Source: Chloroflexota bacterium
GTDB lineage: Bacteria; Chloroflexota; Chloroflexia; QHBQ01
Direction: 5' to 3'
Assembly (NCBI GenBank): GCA_043754535.1
Contig: JAYUUN010000082.1
Location: 62,001-97,757, forward strand
DNA: 35,757 nucleotides
The notes under the pieces are model-generated. The model saw only the letters and a program-made list of their open reading frames with translations. It was not told the origin of the DNA and made no database searches. Positions 27,472-35,757 of the stretch are shown here, piece after piece (the first letter of the stretch is position 1; the number at the start of each line of letters is the position of its first letter). Position numbers and translations under genes: made by a program.

Positions 27472-28662
27472 TTACTTGGCTCGCAGCAGCACGAAGAAGG
27501 GGCCAGTCTGCACCTTGCCGAACAGCACCAGGTCGAGCAGCATCAGGCGTGTGAGACCGACGAGGCCGGTGCGATAGAGGCCGCCCTCAGCAATCTTGCG
27601 CTTGACCTCTTGCCGGGCTGCCTTCGCTGCCGCATCCTGCGCTGCGTCGGGCAGGTCGTGCGCGTGGTCAGCCGCACCCTCATGATCGTGGTTGGCAGGC
27701 AAGCCAGCAGTAACTGGCTCCAGTTGCCTGGCCTTGCGGCGGGTAAACACCGCCTCACCCACTTTGGCAATCACGTTCTCGGTCAGACTCTGGAACACGC
27801 CGTTCCAGAAGACCGCCTCCTCTAGCACGAAGCCAGCCTGATCAATCACCGCCTTCAGTTGGTCGAAGGTGGCGATCTCCTTGATGTGGTCAGACTTGCG
27901 GAGGCGGTCGCGCTTGAAGTCAGCCAGCCCCACCCCTTCCAGCAGGTCACCAACTTTGCGCGAACCGGCGATCAGCGGGTAGAGCGGTGACTTCTCCCGC
28001 GTGTTCGAGTAAATCATCACCCGCCCGCCCGGCTTGAGGACGCGGCGCATCTCCTTGAACATCTGGCCCACATCTGCGGCGGTCAGGTGTTCCATCAAGT
28101 CGAGCGAAAAGATCGCGTTGAAGGTGGCGGGAGCAAAGGGCAGGGCGCGGGCATCGCCACGCACCAGGTCAACCGCGTTGAGGGCTTCGCTGGCAAAGAG
28201 GGGCGAAGCGTCCAGGCCAATCATGTGGTCGACCCGGCGGCGGTTCCAATAAGCAAACTTGCCGTTGCCACAGCCGACTTCAAGGGTGCGGTCGTTGCGG
28301 TGCAGGCGCAGCAACTTACGCAGGGTGGCATTTCGCACCCCCGCCCCCAGCAGCGGCTCACTAATATGCTCGTAATCCAGAGCGCGCTCGAATTCGTCGT
28401 GGTGTTCAACATACTTGGTGGTATGCCCAAAGTGTCCCCCGCTAGCGAACTGCTCGCCCTGTGGCAGCAGACCGAGGTAGCCTAGAGCCGGGCGGTAGTC
28501 GTAGCCCTGGCCGCAAGCGGCACAAACCAGCTTGCCAGCTTCCACCGTCAGGCTACCCCAGGTTGCAGGGTTGGCCCCCGCTGGTGGGTCGGCCACACAA
28601 TCGGGGCAGCGCACCATCTGCAATAGTTTGTCAGAGATCAATATTATTCGCCTCATCATCAA
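27472..28662 (-). CDS. Class I SAM-dependent methyltransferase with N-terminal Trm112-like Zn ribbon
   Basis: CPDC...CAAC; LEVGCGNG, GLDAS, GDARALPF, LMEHL, RVLKPGG. Confidence 0.88.
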   Translation of the reverse strand: MMMRRIILISDKLLQMVRCPDCVADPPAGANPATWGSLTVEAGKLVCAACGQGYDYRPALGYLGLLPQGEQFASGGHFGHTTKYVEHHDEFERALDYEHISEPLLGAGVRNATLRKLLRLHRNDRTLEVGCGNGKFAYWNRRRVDHMIGLDASPLFASEALNAVDLVRGDARALPFAPATFNAIFSLDLMEHLTAADVGQMFKEMRRVLKPGGRVMIYSNTREKSPLYPLIAGSRKVGDLLEGVGLADFKRDRLRKSDHIKEIATFDQLKAVIDQAGFVLEEAVFWNGVFQSLTENVIAKVGEAVFTRRKARQLEPVTAGLPANHDHEGAADHAHDLPDAAQDAAAKAARQEVKRKIAEGGLYRTGLVGLTRLMLLDLVLFGKVQTGPFFVLLRAK

Positions 28663-28703
28663 AGTCGTGGGTACCAGGAGGGCGCGTGCTACCCCTCGTG
28701 CGT

Positions 28704-28732
28704 AGTATATGCAGCAGGGGGTTGCTTGTCAA
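28704..28732 (-). promoter_or_regulatory. Sigma70 promoter for methyltransferase-GT4-GT4 operon
   Basis: TTGACA-17 bp-TATACT. Confidence 0.75.
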
Positions 28733-28862
28733 GGGGGGCAGCAGCTGGCAGCGAAGCGATTGCGAGGGGCAGCTACCGCCACGCGCAGCGAAGTGCGCCT
28801 ACTTACGCGGGACGCTGCAACAGTTCCTGCCGAAGTAGATGCCCACGGTCAGCAGTCAGCCA

Positions 28863-30992
28863 TCAGTTGGCCGCAACCAGGAATATGTTGGGCCAGGGCT
28901 TATAGTTGCTGCCGAAGCTATCGGTTTTGGTCTCCCCATTTTTGGTTATCTGACGCACTATTGTGGCACTGATGCCTGCATGGGCGTAGTCCACCTGCTT
29001 CTTGGTGCCAGGAGCCAGGGTGTTGTCTACCTCATAGCGGTCGGGTGGCGGCGGAACCGGCGCACCCGCCCTATGACTAACCATCTGCACGTCCAAGCCA
29101 GCGGCCTTCGTGCCATAGATGTTCACGACCAGATCACTACCCTGCGCGTCCGCCTCTACCAGCAGGTAAGCACCACTGTCGTTGACGAACTTCATGTCCA
29201 CGCCGGGGTCGAACACCGCTGCGTCGAAGCCGACTGGCGAGCCATCCTGTTCGTACCAGCTAACCCGATAGCTATGCTGGTTGCGCTCTACTATGGGCAG
29301 CCCCGACCAGAAGGCGGCCCGGAAGGCGGTAGTGCTGACCTGGCACACCCCACCGCCCACGTCCTTCTTGGTGCGCTCGGCGGCGATCACGTAGCCTTCG
29401 GCATAGCCGCGCTCCAGGCTAATGTCGCCAATGCTGTTGAGGAAGCTGAAGGTAGCCCCTGGTGGCACCACCGTGCCGTTGAGGAAAGCCGCCGCTACAC
29501 GGATGTTCTGCGCCCGCTCCTTTGTCGAACCAGCAAAGGTGCTACGCCCGCTACCCACCAACTGCTTGATGCCCAACGCGCCAACATCCTGCGAGGAGAC
29601 GGTGGGGCTGAGAATCTGCACTGGCAGAGCGAGGCTGCGGGTAGCAGTTAGGGCCGGGGCGGGCTGGTTGAGGGTGGCAAATAGCAGGCTGGCAGTCTCC
29701 ACTGGGTCTAGCTGGCGACCGTCCACGCTCTCGCTAATCACCGCCACGCCGCTGCCGTTCCAGCTAAAGCGGGCGTTCTGCGGCGCACGATTGACATCCT
29801 TTGCGATGTTGCGACTAAAGGCTTCGATCTGGCTGGCAGCGAGGCTGACGGTGATGTGGTCGCCAGTTGCCTGCCGATCTAGCACGCGGGCAATAGCGAT
29901 CCACCTTGCTATGGTAGAGCGGTCAAGCGTATAGTTCTTCTCTGCGTAGCTGGCAACCAGTGGCGCACTGAGCCAGGTGTTCAGCCGCTCGGCCACCCGC
30001 TTGGCCTCCGCCTCACTGACGATGGGATGGGTGATCGTCACTGGCAGCAGCACTGTTTGCGTTTGCAGGTTGTTGAGGGCAGCCTTAAGTGCGCCTACGC
30101 TGGCGTAAAGGTCAAGGTCGCGTCCATCCTGCCCGACGACCACGCTCACCGCCCCCGTATTAGGGTCAAGCTGCACATCGCCTTCCTTGAGCGGCTGAGC
30201 GATTTGGACAGCCACCCCGCGCAGGTACTTGCCAATCTGTGTCTCATCGAGGTTGACCCGCAGGGGGACGACCACGCCCTCACGCCATGCCTGCCACTGC
30301 TTACCCAGTGTGTCAGTCAGGCCACCTTTGCGGCCAACATCATACGCCGCCTGCAAAGTTGCGTCCGCATCAATGCTAACTCCTACTTCTGCAAGCTGTG
30401 GCTGCCACTGGCGGTCAGCAAAGACCAGCATCACTGGCTTGCTGCTGAAGGCCGCCAGGCGGTCGGTCAGCTTTGCCTTCGCCTGTTCGCTGCTCAAACC
30501 GCTGAGGTCGAGGTCAAGGACGTGTACGCCAGGGTAAATCTTCTCGCCATTGACCTGCTGGTAGATCAGCACGCTAGCCAGGCCCGCAACGAAGAAGACA
30601 GCAACTAGCACTGCTAGCCAGCCTGCCACCTTGCCAACCCGACCCTCGCGCTGTTCTGGCTCGTCGGTGCGATAGCGAGTCAGGTAGGGGGTCTCCTCTG
30701 CGGCGGGCTGGCGGTGGGGGCGGCGCGGTTGCGGCGGCGCAAGGGGGGCTGGCTGGCGCGGGTTGGCGGCTGGTGGCTGGTAGCCAGGGATTGGGCGCGG
30801 GCGGCTGTCGGTTGGTTGGCCGGAGCGCGGGGGGTTAGGCGCAGGTGGGCGACTGGCAGCCGGGGGGCTATTCAGTTCGTAGCGGCGGGCTGGTTGCCGC
30901 TCTACCTGTGGCTCATCTGCCATGTCATCTCGCTTGTCAGTCGTCTCTGCCATCACCCTACCCCTATCCAAGACGGGAAGGCCGCCCCACAA
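28863..30992 (-). CDS. VanW family protein with peptidoglycan-binding (PG_binding_4-like) domains; start probably ATG 30953
   Basis: TM helix, KIYPGVHV, NGTVVPPGATFSF, GGGVCQVSTT, ERNQHSY, DMKFVND. Confidence 0.9.
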   Translation of the reverse strand: MWGGLPVLDRGRVMAETTDKRDDMADEPQVERQPARRYELNSPPAASRPPAPNPPRSGQPTDSRPRPIPGYQPPAANPRQPAPLAPPQPRRPHRQPAAEETPYLTRYRTDEPEQREGRVGKVAGWLAVLVAVFFVAGLASVLIYQQVNGEKIYPGVHVLDLDLSGLSSEQAKAKLTDRLAAFSSKPVMLVFADRQWQPQLAEVGVSIDADATLQAAYDVGRKGGLTDTLGKQWQAWREGVVVPLRVNLDETQIGKYLRGVAVQIAQPLKEGDVQLDPNTGAVSVVVGQDGRDLDLYASVGALKAALNNLQTQTVLLPVTITHPIVSEAEAKRVAERLNTWLSAPLVASYAEKNYTLDRSTIARWIAIARVLDRQATGDHITVSLAASQIEAFSRNIAKDVNRAPQNARFSWNGSGVAVISESVDGRQLDPVETASLLFATLNQPAPALTATRSLALPVQILSPTVSSQDVGALGIKQLVGSGRSTFAGSTKERAQNIRVAAAFLNGTVVPPGATFSFLNSIGDISLERGYAEGYVIAAERTKKDVGGGVCQVSTTAFRAAFWSGLPIVERNQHSYRVSWYEQDGSPVGFDAAVFDPGVDMKFVNDSGAYLLVEADAQGSDLVVNIYGTKAAGLDVQMVSHRAGAPVPPPPDRYEVDNTLAPGTKKQVDYAHAGISATIVRQITKNGETKTDSFGSNYKPWPNIFLVAAN

Positions 30993-30999
30993 TCTAGCT

Positions 31000-31623
31000 T
31001 CACACTCTGGCTCTATACCCTAAAACCTCTGGGGCTATCTCCCCGCCGCCTACACTGCTCAGGCGAGTGTAGGCAGCCTGTACCTGCGCGTCGGTTAGCC
31101 TGCCGCCCGCTTCAGCGCGGATCGCCTCGGCAGTGGCAAGGATAGTAGCGCGGCTGAGACCAGGCGGCGGTTGGTGCTTCCAGCTAGTCAGGGCTAGCAT
31201 GATGCCGTTGGGGTCACGGAAGTAGTAAGCCAGTTCAAGCGCAGTGTCCAGCGGGCCGAAGACAGACACTCCTGCCCGCGTCAACTCGCCCTTCACCTGC
31301 ACAAACGTCTCGCTACTGACCGCCAGGGTAAGTTGCTGCAAGGCACCGACCCCCATCGTTGGGCGGGGGACGTAGCTGTTCAGGTCGGGGTGGCTTGGGC
31401 CGTAGAAACCAATATAGGTGTCGTTGCCAGCAGCAAACAGCAGTTGCTCAAAGCCGGGGTTGTCTGCGTCCGGCTGGCGCATCACCAACGCCATACCTAG
31501 CAGGCGGCTGTAGAAGTCTACGGTCGCCTCGATCTCTGCCGCCACCAAAGTCGGGTGGCTAAGTCCGAGCGTCTTGATCATGCGTGCCTCCGTGCTTCTC
31601 ACCGCGCCCACGCCGGGGAGCAA
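31000..31623 (-). CDS. VOC (glyoxalase/bleomycin resistance) family protein; start probably ATG 31581
   Basis: GLSHPTL...TVDFYSRLLGM, YYFRDPNGI. Confidence 0.85.
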   Translation of the reverse strand: MLPGVGAVRSTEARMIKTLGLSHPTLVAAEIEATVDFYSRLLGMALVMRQPDADNPGFEQLLFAAGNDTYIGFYGPSHPDLNSYVPRPTMGVGALQQLTLAVSSETFVQVKGELTRAGVSVFGPLDTALELAYYFRDPNGIMLALTSWKHQPPPGLSRATILATAEAIRAEAGGRLTDAQVQAAYTRLSSVGGGEIAPEVLGYRARV

Positions 31624-31630
31624 GATAGGG

Positions 31631-32122
31631 TCAGTAGTTAATGCGCAACTCCACCCGGCCTACGCCCACGAGATCGCCGGGGCCGACCGGGGTGGGCTGG
31701 TCAATGCGCTTGCCGTTGAGGTAAGTACCATTGGTGCTGCCACCATCCTCCAGCCACCAGTTGCCATCCTCACGCAGGCTGAGGATCGAGTGTTCGCCAG
31801 AGATGAAATCGTCCTCCAGCGGGATCGTGTTGGTCTGACGGCGGCCCATCGTGGTGTAAGCCAGTAGCGGCAGGCTCTGGCCGATCCTCAGGCCACTCTT
31901 GCCCGGCTGCACCACCACTAGCTGACCAAGCGGCCCGTCGTCGCCTGCGGCCTCAGCAGCGGCAGCAACTGGCTGCACCCGGCTAATGTCTCGCGTTATC
32001 ACCCGCACCACCTGATAAAGGAAGAAGTAGATAAGGAAGACAAAGATAAAGCGGAGCGAAACGATCAGGATGTCAAATGGCAGGTTCTGGAAGTCGGGCA
32101 ACAGTTTTCCTCCAGGCTCCAA
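31631..32122 (-). CDS. FHA domain membrane protein (FhaB/FipA-like)
   Basis: N-terminal TM LRFIFVFLIYFFL; FHA motifs GR, ISGEH, STNGT. Confidence 0.9.
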   Translation of the reverse strand: MEPGGKLLPDFQNLPFDILIVSLRFIFVFLIYFFLYQVVRVITRDISRVQPVAAAAEAAGDDGPLGQLVVVQPGKSGLRIGQSLPLLAYTTMGRRQTNTIPLEDDFISGEHSILSLREDGNWWLEDGGSTNGTYLNGKRIDQPTPVGPGDLVGVGRVELRINY

Positions 32123-32148
32123 CCCTCACCTTTGTGGGGAGAGGGAGT

Positions 32149-33126
32149 TTAAGACAGTTGAAATAGTAGCTCGAAGCCACCGAGCGAAACGCGGTCGCCG
32201 ACCGAGAGTTGGGCTTCGGTGATCTGGATGTCGTTGAGAAAGGTACCGTTGGTGCTGCGATTGTCGTGCAGCGAGTAGTGGCCTGCCTGCCAGCGGATGG
32301 TAGCGTGGTGGCGGGAGATGCGCGCATCCTCCAACACCACCGTGTTGTCTAGGCCGCGCCCCAAGGTGCTATCACCCCGCTCAAGGGTGAACTGCTGATC
32401 CTGCTGCCGCCCACTCAGTACAGTCAGGGTGGCCTGGCGTGCCGCCTGGCTATAGCTAGGAGGGACACGCATCATGCGGGTGCGTTCAATCTCACCCTCG
32501 ATCTCGGCGGCCCCCTGCGGGTCAACGCGGGGGTCAACGATGCGGGTGGCAATCTGCACATCGCGGCGGCCAACCCGCGCATCCTCGATCAGGCGCACGA
32601 AGGGCGGCGTGGTTAGCCGATAGCTACGCTCACCAGCAGTGCGCTTCACATAATCGGACAGTTCGTACTCAACCGAGGCTTTGAAGCTGGCAAAGTTGGC
32701 GTAATCCTCTGGGTGAAGGTGGACATCGTAGGAGTTTGGCACAAACACCTTGCCGACGCTGAGGCTCTGTCCATCCTCCATTGCGCGCTCAAGACGGCTG
32801 GCGAGTTCGGCGGGTTGCAGCTTGCTGTGGAAAAGACGGGTAAAGCTACCCTCGAACACACCCTCGAAGAAGCCTTCCAGCCGTTGCAGCGGGTTGAGGC
32901 GTGATTGGCCGCCAGCACCCCGCTTGCCGCGACGCGTCTTCTGTCTGCTTGCCGGTGCAGCCGCAGCGGGGGCGACCTCCCCTACTGCTGGCTTGTCATC
33001 TTTGCCAGCATACGCTAGCTCGTCTGGCGCAGCGTACTCGCCAAAGGCAGCCACAGGCGCGGCCAGCGGCTCGGCAGCTGGCGGTTGGGGGCGACGCTTA
33101 AACTCGATGATCTTTTCTTCGCTCAT
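32149..33126 (-). CDS. FhaA-like protein (DUF3662 + FHA); start reassigned to ATG 33126
   Basis: FSKLQPAELASRL-like segment...VPNSYDVHLHPEDY DUF3662 signature; FHA GR, ISRHHA, STNGT; a promoter lies inside the longer predicted ORF. Confidence 0.9.
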   Translation of the reverse strand: MSEEKIIEFKRRPQPPAAEPLAAPVAAFGEYAAPDELAYAGKDDKPAVGEVAPAAAAPASRQKTRRGKRGAGGQSRLNPLQRLEGFFEGVFEGSFTRLFHSKLQPAELASRLERAMEDGQSLSVGKVFVPNSYDVHLHPEDYANFASFKASVEYELSDYVKRTAGERSYRLTTPPFVRLIEDARVGRRDVQIATRIVDPRVDPQGAAEIEGEIERTRMMRVPPSYSQAARQATLTVLSGRQQDQQFTLERGDSTLGRGLDNTVVLEDARISRHHATIRWQAGHYSLHDNRSTNGTFLNDIQITEAQLSVGDRVSLGGFELLFQLS

Positions 33127-33171
33127 GGTACTCTTATAACGGATGAGGGGTCGGACAGTTGTGCTACCGCT

Positions 33172-33200
33172 ATTATATACGAGGGAAGAAGGACGGTCAA
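33172..33200 (-). promoter_or_regulatory. Sigma70 promoter for fhaA operon
   Basis: TTGACC-17 bp-TATAAT. Confidence 0.75.
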
Positions 33201-33315
33201 CCTGCCTGGCGCATTGGGATTGTGGACAGCGGCGGGTTGTGCTGTGACGGCCACCCCAGCCGCCGGGCGTGGGCGGTTGTTTGCCTGCCCCTGAACACTT
33301 TCCCTGCACAAAGGC

Positions 33316-33345
33316 TTGCATCGGTGACCAATAGTTTGATAAAAT
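33316..33345 (+). promoter_or_regulatory. tRNA promoter
   Basis: TTGCAT-18 bp-TAAAAT with extended TG, 10 nt before the tRNA. Confidence 0.7.
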
Positions 33346-33355
33346 AGCAGAGCAA

Positions 33356-33437
33356 GGGGGCGTGGCGAAACGGCAGACGCACTGCGTTTAGGGCGCAGCG
33401 GGAAACCATGTGGGTTCGAATCCCACCGCCCCCACCA
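33356..33437 (+). tRNA. tRNA-Leu (anticodon TAG)
   Basis: Acceptor GGGGGCG/CGCCCCC, discriminator A and encoded CCA; anticodon arm CTGCG-TTTAGGG-CGCAG; long variable arm; T arm GTGGG-TTCGAAT-CCCAC. Confidence 0.96.
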
Positions 33438-33477
33438 AAAGAACCCCGCTCCAGTTGTTGGAGCGGGGTTTCTTTTT
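33437..33477. terminator. Bidirectional rho-independent terminator
   Basis: AAAAG-AACCCCGCTCCA-gttgt-TGGAGCGGGGTT-TCTTTTT between the convergent tRNA and SLH gene. Confidence 0.9.
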
Positions 33478-33490
33478 GCGGCAGTGGCAG

Positions 33491-35757
33491 CTACGGCGCA
33501 CTAACTACGATAGTGCTGGTCATCCCCGAATGAACAGAGCAGTGGTAGTTGTAGGTGCCAGCGACGGTGAAGGTGTAGCTGTAAGTCCCACCCTGCGGCA
33601 GACTGGGCGAGTTGAGGGGGCCACTACCGTCCGAGGTGACGGTGTGCGGGTGGCTACCAAAGTTGGTCCAGATCACCTGCTGGCCCACTAGTGAACTGGC
33701 ACTACCACCAACGTCGAAGTAGTCGTCGCGGATGGCGATGTTGTAGGGGGCAGGCGGGGTGGGGGTCGAGGTTGGGGTGATGCCCGTTGTCGCGGTCGCG
33801 GTTGCCGTGAGGGTGGGTCCTCCTGTTGTGGCAGTGGCAGTCAGCGTAGCGGTGTTGGTCGCAGCGGCAGTGTTGGTCGCAGCGGCAGTGTTGGTCGCAG
33901 CGGCGGTGTTGGTCGCAGCGGCGAGGGTAGCGGTTGCGGTGTTAGCTCGGACAGTGGGGGTACTGGTCAGTGGCACACTGGTGCCAGTCGAGGTGCGAGT
34001 GACGGTTGCTGGGGCAGCACCCTGCATCCTACGGATCATAGTGCTGGCCTCGGCCCGCGTTGCCAAACCGTTGGGGTTGAAGCGGGGCGGGTTGCTGCCA
34101 GCTATGCCGTTGATCACGCCTGCACCCTTCGCGCTCTCCACAAAGGTGAAGAAGGTGCTACCAACCGCCACGTCACTGAACGAGGCAGTAGTTGGGTTGA
34201 GGCGCGGAAGATTGACAGCGCGCACTACTATCTTGGCAATCTCAGCCCGCTTCACGTTGTCGCTAGGGCGGAAGCAGAGGCCACTGCCACCCGCGCAGGT
34301 TGCCCCGTCGATTGCCCCGGCTGCTCGCGCATCCTCAATAAAGATGTAGAAGACGTTGCTGGTCGGCACGTCGCTGAATGATGGACTGCCTGGGGTGACA
34401 CGCGGCAGATTGGCGGCGCGCACTACTATCTTGGCAATCTCACCTCGCGTGATTGTGCGGTTAGGATAGAAGCAGGATAGGCTAGCGACTGGCACGCAGG
34501 CTGAACCGTTAACTACTCCCTGGCTGGCGAGAGCCTGGATGTAGCCATAGGCGTAGTAGGTGCAGTAGGTATCAGCGAAAGTCTGGCCCTGGCAGGGGGT
34601 AGCGGTTGGCGCAGGGGTGTTGGTTGGCGGCACGGGGGTGTTGGTTGGCGGCACAGGGGTGTTGGTTGGAGCCGTGGTGCCACAGTTCTGCACGCCCTGG
34701 CTATGAGAGTAGATGTGGAAGCGGCCCGTTTCTTCGCCCATGTAGTAGACAGTGTCTACGGCACAGCCAGTGAGCAGGAACGGCTTGTCGTGGCGCGCGC
34801 CATTGCTGATCAAGGCAATGCTGCTGTTCAGGCTGTTTTCGTTGTAGTAAACGTCCTTGATGCCGCCACCTTCTACCCAGACTACCCTCGGCAGGGTGCC
34901 GTTGAAGGAGATAGAGGGGAAGACAGAGAGATCAGTAGTGTTGGAGACGTTGCGTGGGGCTGGCTCCCACTGGCGGCTGGCTACTGTCCAGCGTTCGTAG
35001 AAGATTTCGGCTTCGCCACTGGCGTTGCTCTGCCAGACGATGGCGACGTTGCCTGCGCTATCAGCAGCAATGCCCGGCCAGTAGTCGCGGCTGTTGCTAC
35101 GTGTGCTGAATGTCCAGGTACCGTTGTCGTTCTCGTCTGCCGTGTCGATACCGGTCGCGTAACGCATCCAGACTACGTGCAGCTTGCCGCGAGTGTCGGC
35201 CACCACCTGGCTGCCCTGCGCTAGGCTGGTACTATCGCCCCCTGGCGACCAGTTGGGGCCGTCGCTCCAACTATTGCCGCCATCACGCGAGATGCGGTAG
35301 TAGATGCGCCCAATAACCACCCCACCCGCATCCTCGCGCAGAGTGTAGAAGACGTGGATGCTACCGTCTGGCTTGACTGCCACGCTGGGCGAGTTGAGGG
35401 TACGGTTGCTGTAGTTCGTCACACGCACAGGGCTGCTCCAGCTTGCGCTGGCGAAGTTGTAGCGGGCAAGCACAACATTGTCACTTACTTGCACGTCGTT
35501 CCAGACAGCGTAAGCGGTTGCGCCGTCAGGTGAGACGGCGGCCCCAGCCCGGAAGTCGCTACCCTGTCCAGGGATCGAGGAGATGTTGCTCCAACTCTGG
35601 CCGGAGTTAGTGCTGCGCGCGCTACCGATCCCCTCACGGATCGTCGCTCCCTTCGTCCAAACCGCCAGGACGTTGCGCCGCCCAGCAGCGAAGGGGAACT
35701 GCACAGGGGTCTCACCGTTCTGCGAGATGTCGGTTGCGCCGCCGAAGTCCGGGGCGA
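33491..35757 (-). CDS. Surface protein: BNR/Asp-box propeller, 3 SLH domains and C-terminal cupredoxin (5' end probably beyond window)
   Basis: STNSGQSW and SRDGGNSW Asp boxes; three FxD...I/VNG...F.P...T/KRxE SLH repeats; HTVT...YHCSVHSGM type-1 Cu motif. Confidence 0.88.
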   Translation of the reverse strand, partial: APDFGGATDISQNGETPVQFPFAAGRRNVLAVWTKGATIREGIGSARSTNSGQSWSNISSIPGQGSDFRAGAAVSPDGATAYAVWNDVQVSDNVVLARYNFASASWSSPVRVTNYSNRTLNSPSVAVKPDGSIHVFYTLREDAGGVVIGRIYYRISRDGGNSWSDGPNWSPGGDSTSLAQGSQVVADTRGKLHVVWMRYATGIDTADENDNGTWTFSTRSNSRDYWPGIAADSAGNVAIVWQSNASGEAEIFYERWTVASRQWEPAPRNVSNTTDLSVFPSISFNGTLPRVVWVEGGGIKDVYYNENSLNSSIALISNGARHDKPFLLTGCAVDTVYYMGEETGRFHIYSHSQGVQNCGTTAPTNTPVPPTNTPVPPTNTPAPTATPCQGQTFADTYCTYYAYGYIQALASQGVVNGSACVPVASLSCFYPNRTITRGEIAKIVVRAANLPRVTPGSPSFSDVPTSNVFYIFIEDARAAGAIDGATCAGGSGLCFRPSDNVKRAEIAKIVVRAVNLPRLNPTTASFSDVAVGSTFFTFVESAKGAGVINGIAGSNPPRFNPNGLATRAEASTMIRRMQGAAPATVTRTSTGTSVPLTSTPTVRANTATATLAAATNTAAATNTAAATNTAAATNTATLTATATTGGPTLTATATATTGITPTSTPTPPAPYNIAIRDDYFDVGGSASSLVGQQVIWTNFGSHPHTVTSDGSGPLNSPSLPQGGTYSYTFTVAGTYNYHCSVHSGMTSTIVVSAP
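33849..33920. repeat. Coding tandem repeat, 4 x 18 bp (AAATNT linker)
   Basis: GC(G/A)GTGTTGGTCGCAGCG repeated four times. Confidence 0.9.
34613..34669. repeat. Coding tandem repeat, about 2.7 x 21 bp (PTNTPVP linker)
   Basis: (A/G)GGGGTGTTGGTTGGCGGCAC repeats. Confidence 0.85.

Noticed and set aside
33220..33229. DnaA-box-like TTGTGGACAG
   Set aside because: Single copy with two mismatches and no origin context
33127..33321. N-terminal 65 aa of the predicted 390-aa FhaA ORF
   Set aside because: Contains the consensus promoter at 33200..33172 and runs into the tRNA promoter; ATG 33126 is the more plausible start
33356..33437. tRNA as an amber suppressor or prophage attachment site
   Set aside because: Anticodon TAG reads CTA (Leu), not the TAG stop; no integrase or duplicated tRNA 3' end seen
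33849..34669. Short direct repeats as a CRISPR array
   Set aside because: No unique spacers; in-frame 18- and 21-bp units encode protein linkers; no cas genes

Overview
GC-rich (about 60% by eye) bacterial chromosomal window, probably from a monoderm Chloroflexota-type organism. That is inferred from Cys-containing SLH domains, a sortase with its LPXTG substrate, an FhaA/FhaB pair and Pro/Thr-rich linkers. In order it holds: an amidohydrolase 3' end; a soluble acyl-ACP desaturase; a DNA-repair-like cluster (RecQ with tandem RQC-HRDC modules, a frameshifted membrane protein, a DUF488 gene broken by an in-frame TAA, DinB); hbd and an acyl-CoA dehydrogenase; GGT; small membrane and hypothetical genes; a TolB-like lipoprotein; a divergent CrtI-family/UbiA pair; apt; an LPXTG protein and sortase; aroD; a decayed S8 protease gene; a methyltransferase-GT4-GT4 operon; fhaA-fhaB-VOC-vanW; tRNA-Leu(TAG); and a partial BNR-SLH-cupredoxin surface protein. 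I saw no CRISPR array, integrase or transposase. Highlights not in the ORF track: (i) reading through the DUF488 stop restores its CxExxPxxCHR motif and a C-terminal QGRLF clamp-binding-like motif, next to DinB (QLSLF); (ii) the S8 pseudogene has two nonsense codons and an out-of-frame SLH tail; (iii) a long GTTACTTG-containing inverted repeat lies behind it; (iv) there is a possible VapC/PIN relic; (v) at least four genes are disrupted. All family calls come from motif recognition by eye, without database searches.
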